Of a DNA stretch of 64,000 nucleotides, positions 25,171-37,046 are shown piece by piece. Source of the stretch: Phoronis australis. Lineage: Eukaryota > Animalia > Phoronida. The position numbers were made by a program, and so were the translations under genes. The stretch covers positions 62,001 to 126,000 of the forward strand of contig NMRA01000130.1 in assembly GCA_002633005.1 (NCBI GenBank), read 5' to 3'. Numbering within the stretch: position 1 is the stretch's first letter; each line of letters begins with the position of its first letter. The notes beneath the pieces were generated by a model. It did not search any database and had not been told where the DNA came from. It saw only the letters and a program-made list of their open reading frames with translations.

Positions 25171-25549
25171 ACTTAATCATGATCATGTATACATCTATCG
25201 TGCAAATTGCCGGCTGGACCAATCTCTCTCCTTTCTCCAACAGTTCGGGCACGTCTTTGGCCCGTACATTCTCGTAAGGCTTCTGGCCGTACGTGAACAG
25301 TTCCCACAGTGTGACGCCGAAGCTCCAGACGTCTGTCTTGTGTGTGAACACGCGGTGTTGTATACACTCCAGGGCCAGCCATTTGATTGGCATCTTGCCG
25401 CCGGCCGCGTGGTACTCTGATTCCTCGTAGTCCAGTAGTTTGGCCAGGCCAAAGTCCGTGATCTTAACCATGGTATTGCTATGGACTAGCACATTACGAG
25501 CCGCCAAGTCACGGTGCACAATGCCGCGGCCCTCTAAGTATGCCATACC
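25171..25549 (-). CDS. EGFR: EGFR kinase catalytic/activation loop exon
   Basis: [50 protein letters not shown]. Confidence 0.98.
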
Positions 25550-26067
25550 CTGAAAAGTGAGAAATTACACCGAGTCTAATCGTGTTGCAACAAACCTCCA
25601 GGACTTTTCTAAAACAATTGTTGCAACCGAAATTTGCTATAAGAAAATCAACTTGATGTTTTTATGTCAGTACAGTGGGTTTGGATTCTATGGAACTGAA
25701 TGCCGTGAACAAACAAACCTTATAAACAGGGTTCAACTGTATAATAAAAACATGAAAAAATACTCTTTCCATGATGTAAGTCACGTGTTCAGACATTAAC
25801 AAGAGTAGCCCTAGTAGGACTCTGTATAGCTTTTAATGATGGTCTTCAACACATTCACACCACATTACCTACTTTTCCCACACGACAGTCACGACCGTGC
25901 AAGGAAGTGAGAGACTATTAGAGAAATGTTCAATAATCTACCAGTCAGCACGGGACTCGCCCCTCAAAAGTGAGAGTCCAAGTCTAAACTACTTTGCTTT
26001 AGTGTCAGACACAATAAATAATAAACAATTCAATTGAAAGGATCAATACCAAAAATGTTCAGGAAAT

Positions 26068-26694
26068 TTTAACTACAGCGCCAAGTTAACTTCATAATGA
26101 TTCCATCAGACCTAAGACCCAACAAGATTTTTATCTTAATGGTAGGTACTACAAGCATTCGAACAACCCTAGTATGCCCAGAAAAAATTCACTAATGTAA
26201 ACAGCTTATTATTTAAAATGACTTATTCTTATTAAAATGACATAAGCAAAAAATTGAATTTCGGACCTCAAAAGCGAGGTCCCCTATATTAATATAGGGG
26301 GCCTCGCTGAACGGAAGCCGGAGAGCGGGGCCCCCTATATTAATATAGGGGGCCCCGCTCTCCGGCCTCCTTTCGGCGGGGCCCCCTATATTAATATAGG
26401 AGGCCTCGCTTTNGCGAAGTGCCCGACACATACAGTCGCGCCCACATGCCCACGTAACAAAGGCGCACTGAGACGCAACAAAGACATTAGCATAAGAATA
26501 ACTGAACATTTGCAACTAAATAAGAATAACAATAAACGTAAAGTTACGAACGTCCCGTCACATTTAACTACAGCGCCAAGTTAACTTCATAATGATTCCA
26601 TCAGACCTAAGACCTAAGAAGATTTTTATTTTAATGGTAGGTACTACGAGCATTCGAACAACCCTAGTATGCCCAGAAAAAATTCACTAATGTA
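26068..26694. repeat. ~132 bp direct repeats flanking a palindrome-rich insert
   Basis: 26068-26199 matches 26563-26694 with about 4 differences. Inside are three CCCCTATATTAATATAGG palindromes and an N at 26413. Confidence 0.85.
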
Positions 26695-26773
26695 GCCCTT
26701 AGCTTAATTCAAATGCTACAAATCGAGGTTACCTCCATGTAAAATTAATGTAACACACTCGGTCAGCTCTTAC

Positions 26774-27058
26774 CTTCGCTATCTGTGTGCACCAGTTAAG
26801 CAGTGTTTTCGAGCCAATATTCTCACGATGCTTTCTGACATAATCGAGCAGACAACCGAGCGGCATCAGCTGCGTCACCAACATCATCTGCGCCGTCATG
26901 CAGACAGCCAGGATACGCACACAGTACATGTGGTCGACAGAGGCCATGACACGAGCCTCCTCTAGAAGTTCTTGATTCTGATTGGGCGATGTTCCCTCCT
27001 GCAGGACTTTGATAGCCACAGGAATCTTGACTTTCTCATCCTCAGGGATCCAGACACC
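26774..27058 (-). CDS. EGFR: EGFR kinase N-lobe/hinge exon
   Basis: [25 protein letters not shown]...[15 protein letters not shown]...NWCTQIAK. Confidence 0.98.
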
Positions 27059-27191
27059 CTGTGGAGAGAAGCAGACGTCAGTGAAGAGGTTAAAGATACG
27101 ATTCCAAAAAAATAACTTTCAAACACCTCTATTAAACCAACTAATTTTAGTTAGCACTGCAACCATCAGTCACTTGTAGACCAATCCTTAC

Positions 27192-27305
27192 CTTGTACAC
27201 CGTGCCAAAGGCCCCTGAGCCAATAATACTGCCTTGTCTTAACTCAGATTCCTTGATCAGACGCAGCTTGGACAGGTCTGGCTTGGCATCAGACGGGGTA
27301 AGTGG
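27192..27305 (-). CDS. EGFR: EGFR juxtamembrane/P-loop exon
   Basis: PLTPSDAKPDLSKLRLIKESELRQGSIIGSGAFGTVYK. Confidence 0.97.
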
Positions 27306-27813
27306 CTGAAACAGTCCGAAATTAGTTATCTTATCTTTTTGTCCTTTTTGTGTGAATCACAGTCCCCTTAAGCTGCTATGAACTCACTATAGCAAAAAGA
27401 CAAACTTCCAATTTACGCAACATTCTGTTGCGAAACTGAAATCAACCTGTTAATTAATTATTCATATTTGAAATGATTTCTGGCCTTGTGTAGAGCTTCT
27501 AATATGTTGGTGTATAAGGCCATGCTTGGCGCATGAACTGACCCACCGGAGAAAGCATTGACAAACAGTGTCAGTTCCTCTCAAGCCTAGAAAACACCTC
27601 TAGTAATCTGAATAAGGAGGAATTGAGACCAACTTTATAATGACATGTGACATAAACCAAAAGTAAATTTGATGACACAAATCCAGTTTACAAGACCCTA
27701 AATGGAAAATATACATCTCGGCAATGTTGTTAAATGGCAATTTATGGCACACGTTCATTATTTCAAAATCACAGGTGTGAGTAGTCTTATAAAGCCTGGC
27801 CAATCACACCCAC

Positions 27814-27997
27814 CTCCCCACTGTCATCGATGCCTTGCATTTTGGCTTGGAGCTGGGCCGTACGCTCCTGAGATCGCGCCCGCTGACGCAGCATGTGGCA
27901 AACGATGAAAACAAAGACCATAATGAGCACAAAGGCGCCAACACCAACACCAATGCCAATGGCGGTGCGCTTGCTGTCACCCCCCTTGGGGTCCTCA
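27814..27997 (-). CDS. EGFR: EGFR transmembrane exon
   Basis: AIGIGVGVGAFVLIMVFVFIVC followed by basic HMLRQRAR. Confidence 0.95.
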
Positions 27998-28189
27998 CTG
28001 CAAACAGAATAGTAATAATGGTGATAAAACCAACAATTGTAAATATACAATCATGTAATGGGTGACACCAGTCTTCAATGCAAACTGGGTGACCATAATA
28101 ATCATAATGATAATAACAATAATGGAGGAAATTAATACTAATAACAGCAACAGTATGTGACATTCGAGGTTGTCACTGCAAAAGTGATA

Positions 28190-28426
28190 AGTATAATAAC
28201 TATAATAGAAATAATGATTGTGACGACAATGGCAAAAATTCCAATAACAGTAATAACAGGTGACATTTGAGGTTCTCAGTGTAAAATAACAATAACAATA
28301 ACAATAATGGTAATAATAATAGTAATAATAATAATGGTAATAATAATAGTAATAATAATAATAGTAGTAACAGTGATAATAATAATAATAATGGTAATGG
28401 TAATGGTAATAATAATGGTAATAAAA
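28190..28426. repeat. (AAT)n-type trinucleotide microsatellite
   Basis: AAT/AAC/GGT/AGT triplet run in the intron upstream of the TM exon. Confidence 0.9.
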
Positions 28427-28487
28427 CTAATAGACTGAGGCACTGCTTGCAAAACAAGTGCTTTTATTAAGATCGACTCTAACTTAC

Positions 28488-28564
28488 ATTGAGCAGACGA
28501 ATTCACCTTTTTCATTTTCGTACGAGTACTTGTATTCCTCTGGGCACGTTTCAGTACAGTTAAA
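28488..28564 (-). CDS. EGFR: EGFR membrane-proximal Cys-rich exon
   Basis: FNCTETCPEEYKYSYENEKGEFVCS; phase 0-2 fits both neighbours. Confidence 0.9.
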
Positions 28565-29739
28565 CTGAAAAAGAAGACAGATTTTCTATGATCACTAAAT
28601 AAGAAAATATTTTGACAAAAACAGGGTAACAATTGGCATCTCGTTAACCCAATTATGCTGTCCGAAAAAGCAAAATATAAACTAGACTTATTTATCCAGT
28701 TTGTACAGTTTCTAAAATTTCTACTCTGAAATTCAAGCCCAGGTTGAATCTTCGCGATTCTGAAGATTGGGACATGGGTAATTCGGTATTCAACACATTG
28801 TTAAATATCAGACACTGCATTCTATATCAAATGAGTCTGGGGTAAAACTGTACAAAATAGCTAACAACACAAAATTATTCGTCTTTGTTGGATCTATAAA
28901 TTTAGGATGACCAATGTTGCTGTTTCTAAAATTTAATACGAGCACTGACCTTGAGCAAAATATTTGTGTTTTACTGTAATTTCAAACTTAAGACTTCTTA
29001 TCATAGTATAAAAATTCAGTTAATACCAAAATAATCGCCAATAACAACTGAAACATAGCAAGGATTTTCACTGATTAATAGTTTCCAAACTGAACAACTT
29101 AAGACAGACTTATGCCTGAGATGAGTCAGACTGCTAAAATCTAAACAAACTTCTTGCCAGAATTATTTGGCAGTTTAGTGAAAAATTTATGGCAACAAAA
29201 CTGCACTTTTGTCTGACAGTTTACTGAGACACAAGCTGTTTGTTGCTTATTTGTGAATAAGTTGTATTGTCGCGGAGTGACACCTGTGGAGATTTTGCTA
29301 AGATTTAGCCAGCACTGAAAAGGTTCTAGTCGAAAAGAAATAGATATTTAGTCGAAGTAATAAATTGTGAAATTGTTGTCCAATTCTGATGTTTTCCAGT
29401 TTATTTTCAAGCTATGGTAACAGTAATTGCTGGACTATTTGGAGCACACTATGGTGAAATAGCGAAATCAAATTGTGATGGCAGAGTAACAGACTCTTCG
29501 AGTGAAAATATATTGTGCCAAAAAATATTGACTCATTTTATCAGATTTTGTAGAGAACAAGTAAAACTATGGATTTGTAGTGATGTAAGAGGTATTTTGA
29601 AAAAGGAAAGCTAACAATTTTGCCATCTGTCTACACATTTGAAGAAACTTAGCTGTACGAGACAGCAGAGTCATATCAATGGCAAAAAAGTCAAAACAAC
29701 AATCAGGTGACAGCAAAAATCATGTTGTGTTGTACGTAC

Positions 29740-29988
29740 CAAAGTATCATTTAAGGGAGAAATGACTCGTTTCTTTTTGCAGGAGTTACAGTGACTAGCT
29801 AGATCACCATAGCAACCCCCATAGCACTGTGGGTGGCATGGGCGACACACCCCATCAGTGTCGGCGTAGTAATCCTCTGGGCACTCTTCGTGACACTCCC
29901 TATAATACTTGACATGCTTACAGGCGTGGCAACTGCTGGGACCATCGTCATAGCAGGTAACACACTGCGGGTGGCACTGGTAACACAC
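29740..29988 (-). CDS. EGFR: EGFR furin-like Cys-rich exon
   Basis: VCYQCHPQCVTCYDDGPSSC...CRPCHPQCYGGCYG...NDTL. Confidence 0.95.
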
Positions 29989-30790
29989 CTGAAACACGCA
30001 GAGCAGTAAAGCTCGAGAATTTTTTACTTTAACCTCATCTGCAATTAAACGGGTCATGCGGCTGGGCCTTTTTGAAAACAATTAACGAAAAGAAAAGTGC
30101 TTTGGTAGCAAAACAATTTTCATTCGATACAGAGGTAGAAGATGAAATTTCCAAACCGGTGTTACAGACTTCTAAATTATACTTTTGTTTTTGTTTAATG
30201 CAACTTTAGATATTTTTATGAAATTCACGATACTCCAATCTTTTAGCCCTTCACGCAAAAGTAGAACTCTTTAAAAAAGCAATTTCCAACAAAATTTTGG
30301 ATACCAGTACATAAAACACACTGTGCAGACGTTTCATCAGAATCTCATCTGCAACTTCTAAGATGTGATGTTCTGAAGTGAGCCAAATTTAGATATCTTT
30401 TAGGATCCAAAATAAACTTAAAGATACATTTTTGTTTCTTGAACTCATACAAAAGAAATGATGTTACAGTAACTTTTGATGAAAATGTTTATTACCACTT
30501 AATATATGCAATGTGTACTTAAGTCACATGTTTGGCCTTAAATTTAAAGTATTATCTGTGGCTAGAATTTTAAGATACTTGCAGCACTAAAAAACAGTCC
30601 TTCACAATTTTCAAATTCTATATCAAAAGTACCTTTATATCAAAAGTCGAAGTTTTAAAGAATGGTGTGCATTCACATTTAATTACATGATTTTGAAAAT
30701 CGCAAAAACTGGAGGAATATTGGCGATAACTTTCATCCAAAAATGGCGAAATTTTGACAGGCCATAAGAAGATTACAGACTAACACCCAC

Positions 30791-30980
30791 CTCTTTGTTG
30801 GTGAGGTTCTTTTCGATCGTTCCGTGTTTAGCGAAGGTGATCAACTTCTTGTAGTACGCATAGGGACAACCGTGGGACTGATTGTGACACCGGTACCCTT
30901 CACCTGCGGTTTTGTTGAGCATAGCCATCGCACAACTGTTGCAACCATCAAGACCAACATGGTTGCCAGGACCGGAACAA
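30791..30980 (-). CDS. EGFR: EGFR Cys-rich exon
   Basis: CSGPGNHVGLDGCNSC...NKE, then GTGGGT donor. Confidence 0.93.
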
Positions 30981-32427
30981 CTGGAGAAGACCAACACAAT
31001 ACATTAATCTAATTTAAAACAAGTCTCAAAGAAAAATTAAAACTAATAAACTCCAAATGATCGTTTAGTTCACGTGATAAAAAGTTTATAAACTGGTTAA
31101 ATCTTGATAACGAAATCGCCCATATTTGCATGTGGAAAAATTTCATAAAGGTTGAGGAGCGCAACTCAAGGCATCCACGCAAAATTCCAAGTTTTGATGT
31201 TTATTAAGACATTTAACACTTGCTTAAACAATTTCACAGGGAGGAAGCCAGTTCAGCTAAACAGTGGTTGCACACTTTAAAATGAGGCTGCGTGTCCACC
31301 ATGAGCTCAAAACTAGTGTCATTACTGTTGTGTACGTATTTCAGTCATCATCGAGAATTGTTGCTTTTCTCAGAAGAAAAACAATAAACGTTCTTCAATT
31401 CAGCACAAAAGATATGAGACACGGAATTTCATTTTATTAAATTTCCCAACAAAAAATAACGTTGAGAAAAATTTAGCATGATTTGTACTAAGAAGCTATC
31501 ATACCACAGAGCTTTAACATTTTGAGCACTTTTGTCAAATTTCTCAAAAAGCCATAAAGGCTCCAACGATAAAGAGGAAAATGTAAAAAAATAAAATTGT
31601 GACAAGAGGGCACAGAAGTAGTCAGATCCGTGCAAAAGTTGTCATCCACCGTTCTACTTTCAAAGACATACACTTGTGAAACTTAACAGAGATTACGGAG
31701 GGGGTTTAGGGGAAACAGCCACGGATTCAAAAAAAGCTGCGACTGGGGAACCACAAAGTAATCAAAGCCACAAAGTAGTCCAACTAATCCAAAAATTAAT
31801 ATCTACACTACTCTTTCCAGTAAGAGCACAAAATCCGATTTTCATTGTGATTCTTCGAGTGGAGGCGCATAATAAGTCGAATTCGTCCGAAAACAGAAAG
31901 ATGTTGTCGCTTTACTAGACCTATCAGTCAGATTTCATGAATATATGTCAAGGACCTCCAGAGAAAGAAAGGAAAATGTAAAGAAAATGCCACTAGGGAG
32001 AAGAGTGGTAGTCAAATTTGCCCGAAAGTTTGCTCATGTCATCGCATTCATGATAAGAACACGTTTGCAAAACTTCACAAACCTGCATGAAGGGATTTTG
32101 GAGTTACAGCAGCAGACACTGGACAGATGGATGGGGGACAGCATAACATGCCCACATAATGTGGGCGCATAAAAATGGAAATAGTGCTGTTCAGACTATT
32201 ATTTTTGTGCGAAATCGAAGAGAAGTTACTGTAATATTTTAATAAAGTTCCGAACTAAGAGGAGTCAACATTTGAACATTAAATTAGTTTTTAGTAGCAA
32301 ATTTCTGGATTTCCAAAAGCACAGTCTTGCTTTAAATTGAACGTACATAATGGTAAACTGCCCCTACGACTGCATCAAGACCAAGTCTCCAAACCACCCC
32401 CTGGTGTCCATCAATGAGACTACTCAC

Positions 32428-32558
32428 CCAGATTCACATAGTTGGTGACATGGTTCACATGTTCTATTTACAGGTTCAAGGTACTTGATGCTGGGACATT
32501 CCTGCCGGCAGAAAGGCCCATCTTTCACATACTTGCATGCTGTGCAGTTGGTCGGTCC
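32428..32558 (-). CDS. EGFR: EGFR domain IV exon
   Basis: GPTNCTACKYVKDGPFCRQECP...CEPCHQLCES. Confidence 0.95.
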
Positions 32559-32560
32559 CT

Positions 32561-32639
32561 GAAGGAGATGAACAATGTGAACAGGAGATGAACAGTGTGA
32601 ACATGAGATGAACAGTGTGAACAGGAGATGAACAGCGTG
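32561..32639. repeat. 20 bp minisatellite (GAACAGGAGATGAACAGTGT) x4
   Basis: Tandem units running into the splice acceptor. Confidence 0.9.
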
Positions 32640-33257
32640 GTGACACCTTCTCCAAAGCAAAATTTGCTGAGACTTGGTTTGCGGGTAATAAAATACTAAA
32701 AACTAGTAACTGAGTGACACGCATTCCGATAATTTGTTGTGAAATGTCAGAGCCTTGATAAAGAAAAAAATTTGATTGCAGAATGGATTTGAGTCATTTT
32801 GCTATTGTTAAATTTTTAACCGAGGCGCTTTGAGGTTAAAAAATATTACCACCCTAATCCAATCTTGAATTGTTGCCAAATGTGCCGGCAACTCAAGTCC
32901 CACGCAATGTGTAGGCGTACAATTTTGAAATAAGCAACTTTAGGATTGGCTAACCCCAATAGACTTGGACTCGCCATGTTCTTGTTGGTAATGGAAACAG
33001 AATCCTATCACAGTAAGGAATATTATGAAACCGATTTTACGATCTTGGTAAAAGGTCCAATTTGACATTAATTTTGTTTTTAGCCAGCTAAACAGAATGA
33101 AACGCAGTTATGAAGCATTCAAACACCACTTTTGATTTAGACCACTTATGGATACAACACTAGTCCCAACTTAGCCCTTAATCACATTAGAGATGACTTG
33201 TAGGCTTGGGAAGAACAACCAGCCAGGTTAGGTCAAGACAACAATTAGTAAACTGGC

Positions 33258-33405
33258 ATTGCATGGCATGGTAAGGCATGATATGTCACAGCATGTCATG
33301 GTATGTCACAGCATGGCATGATATGTCACAGCATGTCATGGTATGTCACAGCATGTCATGGTATGTCACAGCAAGGCACTTTACGGGCATGGCATGGCAT
33401 GGTAC
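33258..33405. repeat. 20 bp minisatellite (GCATGTCATGGTATGTCACA)n
   Basis: Four to five units plus degenerate GCATG flanks. Confidence 0.9.
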
Positions 33406-33647
33406 GACCACAGCACTTTACGGGTACAGCTTCAATCAAGAACCAGTTTTCACTTCTTGACAAGCCAAGAAATCACTGCTACGCTCTCTGTAAGGAACAA
33501 GTTGGGCCAATTTTGCTACAATAACATGTCTAAATCAAACAAGTTTTATATGACAGTAGGTGGGTACATAGCAGCTTTATTGAAACCTAATGAAACAAAT
33601 TGTACCAACATGTCAAACCTTTGTCTAGTCAAGAAGAACCAACTCAC

Positions 33648-33850
33648 CGGTCCGACACAGGTACGTAGACACTGTGAGTCACAGTGGTAGCAAATGTCAT
33701 TTGGTCCGTCGTAAATGCCCAACTCTGGGTTGCACCAGGAGATGCAGTCATCGTCCAATTGTTTGCGCTTACACTTGAGGCAGTTCTTGGAACCAGGTCC
33801 CCAACAACTGCTGCGAGCACACTCTTCATCACAACGGTGTCCTTCGCTGA
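33648..33850 (-). CDS. EGFR: EGFR domain IV start exon
   Basis: SEGHRCDEECARSSCWGPGSKNCLKC...CYHCDSQCLRTCVGP. Confidence 0.96.
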
Positions 33851-33870
33851 CTAGAACACAAAAGGGATTT

Positions 33871-33940
33871 CGCAACATAATTTACTCGCAACACAATTTA
33901 TTCACAACATAATTTATCCGCAGCATAATTTATTTGCAAC
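33871..33940. repeat. Degenerate ~16 bp tandem repeat (CGCAACATAATTTATT)
   Basis: Four to five diverged units just upstream of the acceptor. Confidence 0.7.
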
Positions 33941-34533
33941 AGCAATGGAAATCTTCTGCAACAACATGTATTTACAAGGAAGTCGACTTCTTCAATGACC
34001 TCTGTTGTGCATGTCCATATCTTATGGTAGCACATGGAGAACTCTGGTAAAGAATAAAATGATTGCTTGTGAAACTCAATCAGTCAGCTGTGCCTCTTTG
34101 CTTAACTCACAAAGTTCCACAGTATCATGATTGTAGTTACCCGCTTTAAGCCAAGTAATTTCTTAATTGGTGTTTCACATAAAGAAAGGCATATGCACCT
34201 AACTCTTGATATAAATATGTATTTATACAGATGTGCGTGTACCAAAACTTGGATATAGATCTACATTTACACAGATGTGCATGCACCTCAGTCTGGACAT
34301 ATACATATTTGCACAGCGGTGCATTAACCCATCTCTGGATATAGGTAATATTTACATAGAGATGTGGGGGGCGTGAATGACAGCCCGTACAGCAGTATCA
34401 TTACTGTACTGAATGACAAATGACGATCTTCATTGGTCAAAGAATTATTACAATTAACTATAGTCATTAACCCTATCATTATAGTATCACCGTTGATATT
34501 GCACAGTCAGCAAATGACAGCACCTTAACATAC

Positions 34534-34895
34534 CACATATGCTATGGTTCCTGTTCTGCTCTGAATGGAAATGATTCGGCAGCACGTTGATAAGGGTCAG
34601 GTCCAATTTGCCCTTCTCTACATAACACAGGTTAGGGTTATTATAGATGACCACAAGTCCAAACACATCGCGAAGGGACCGCAGCTCCAGACTGGTTATG
34701 CCGCTTTTCATTATTTCAAGGGCAGCGTTGGCGGCTTCAGATTTCTGACGCCCACGGATGTATTCCAGATTGCGGAGAAACGAGAGATTACGTAGCACTT
34801 TACTCTGGACGGAGACGTACCCAGTGACCTCTCTGATGTCCTTCAGGTTCTCCAGATCAGCAACAGTCAATGCCGTCACATTATAAAAAGGATCA
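34534..34895 (-). CDS. EGFR: EGFR L2 (domain III) exon
   Basis: IREVTGYVSVQ..LSFLRNLEYIRGR..ITSLELRSL..NNPNLCYV. Confidence 0.96.
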
Positions 34896-36374
34896 CTGCA
34901 ATACAAAAAGTCCTTTTATCATGTCAGTGTAACTTGTATGTAATTTTTCCTGTACATATAATTGAATAGAAGTCCCCAAAACCACCATCTTCAAAAACAG
35001 TGTCCTGAAACGGGTTTACTTGAATCTGATGAGACACTTCCGAGATAAGGGCCCATGGTCTAAGCTCAGTAATTAAAGCTCCAAATTTATGTTCTACTTT
35101 TGTACGAACTCAACATAAATGGCTCTAATTGGTGCATTATGGTTTCTAATCAAAGTTTGCCTGTAATGACTCCTTGATTTGAGAAACAAAGTTGTATTTA
35201 AACTTGTAATGAAATTTCTAGCTCACATTCAAACTAAGCTTTAATGCCAGGGGTCATCAAGTACATAATGTATGTGAGCACGAAACGATAGCAATAAACA
35301 TTTTACTTCACTTTGAACTAAAAGCAACCATAAACCCAACATAGACCGTCAAAATGATAAACTTTGATTTGGAGTACAATCCACTAAAAAGTTGGTCTCG
35401 ACCTATTCTTTACTCAGAAGAACAATCAGCTTGTTATTTTTCCAGACCACCCTCGGATACAATGAAAACGTACCGTGACAAGCCAACCAATAGAGACTGA
35501 TCTAAAACAACAACAAGCTGTCCGTTCTTCCTAAGTCTATGAATGACTTCCAATACGAGTAAGGAACAAGTTGGGAGCAGATTTATAGTGGTAAATGTCC
35601 TAAGCTGTAAGTATGTTTATATGGAAGGCGGGGTTGTTGCCACTTTAAGAAAAGCAGAAAATGTTAGGAATAATACAGAGTTGGAGCGCGGAGACTGGGC
35701 TGCGGACCACCATGGTCCAAACTTTGATTTTGTCCAAAAGTTAGCAATAACCTTAAAATGTTCAATAAAAACAGTCACGGAACATTTAGAGCTGCAGGCG
35801 GCACTGTTACCGTAACTTGCCCACACTCTACAAGTGGAGGAAAAAAAATAAACGTTGTATTCGGTCAGGGCCTTTAAACTGAAAACCTTAAAATTGCAAA
35901 ATTTTTGAAATGTTACAGCCAGTGCAGACATTTGTCTAAACCATTTCTTGTGCAAAATTATATAAAAAATCTTCAGAATGTATGCAACCTGCTACTTTTG
36001 AATAGCAGGCAATCGAGTAGTGTGTGGTTTAACAGCTGATAAGAGCACTTGCAAAAATATGATGTTTGATAAAGGAACAAAAAAAACTCAACTATTCGAT
36101 TATGGGTGAACTAACAACAAAGTACAGATGCACACAGAAATAGCTGTTTTAGTCACAGAATTCTACACTAGTTGCTAATATTTTGTCAAAATTCGTCTGA
36201 CTTCGCCGTACTTACGGCGAAAACCAAGAAGGAACTGTGAAGAATAATACTAAATCATTGATAATTAGGCGGAAATTTTTGCTTGAAATTTCATCAATTT
36301 TTGACAAGAAATCCTTCAACTTTTTTTGGAAACTACTGAGCGTGAGTATATTCACGCTTCTCAACGTCACTTAC

Positions 36375-36498
36375 TGATAGAAGGCGTAGTCAAGAAAGCG
36401 GAGATGTCCGTCAACTGTTGTGCAGTCTTTAAACCTGTGGATGTTGAGACTGTTTACGTACTTGTCCCTCAAATCTTTTTCATTGTTACCTTGACAAG
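36375..36498 (-). CDS. EGFR: EGFR L2 start exon
   Basis: TCQGNNEKDLRDKYVNSLNIHRFKDCTTVDGHLRFL. Confidence 0.93.
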
Positions 36499-36929
36499 CT
36501 GCAAAGTATCAGAGTACTACTGAGTACAAGAGGGTCACTGGACCTTCTATAAGTGTATTGCTATTATTGTGGTTATCAAGAGCACTGTCTGTCAGAATCA
36601 TGCAGCAGCCAAATTCGTCCAAAAATCAACTGGTGGAAGTCATAAGAAACACAAATGTCAAATTTCATGAGGATCTTGCACGGGATACAAAAATGAACAC
36701 CGGACAGAGATGGTAGCAATATGCACCCTCATAATGAATATGTAGCCCCTAAAACAAAAAATATTACGTAATTCGAAACACGTTCTTCAACATATCGTAG
36801 CCAATAACATGAACTACACGACTTTGACTAAACTGGAATATAGAAAACAAATTAGAACAAAGGAAATGAAAAGTGTATGCCAGACTCAGATACACAAATG
36901 GGGCAAAAGTAAAAGTTACAGGAACTCAC

Positions 36930-37046
36930 TTTGCGGACATGCTCCAGTGCACTTCACACATTTAGGCACTTCGGCTTCGCTATCAGCAAAATGTCCCGGA
37001 GGACATTTTGGAACGCATGAGGACTCACGATAAGCCAGGAAGTTCT
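36930..37046 (-). CDS. EGFR: EGFR domain II end exon
   Basis: NFLAYRESSCVPKCPPG...KCVKCTGACPQ. Confidence 0.95.

Noticed and set aside
24983-25452. Overlapping antisense or alternate-frame ORFs at the kinase exon
   Set aside because: They are by-products of the GC-richer coding exon.
28200-28632. Poly-Leu / poly-Ile ORFs
   Set aside because: These are translations of the (AAT)n microsatellite. The true exon (28488-28564) is in another frame.
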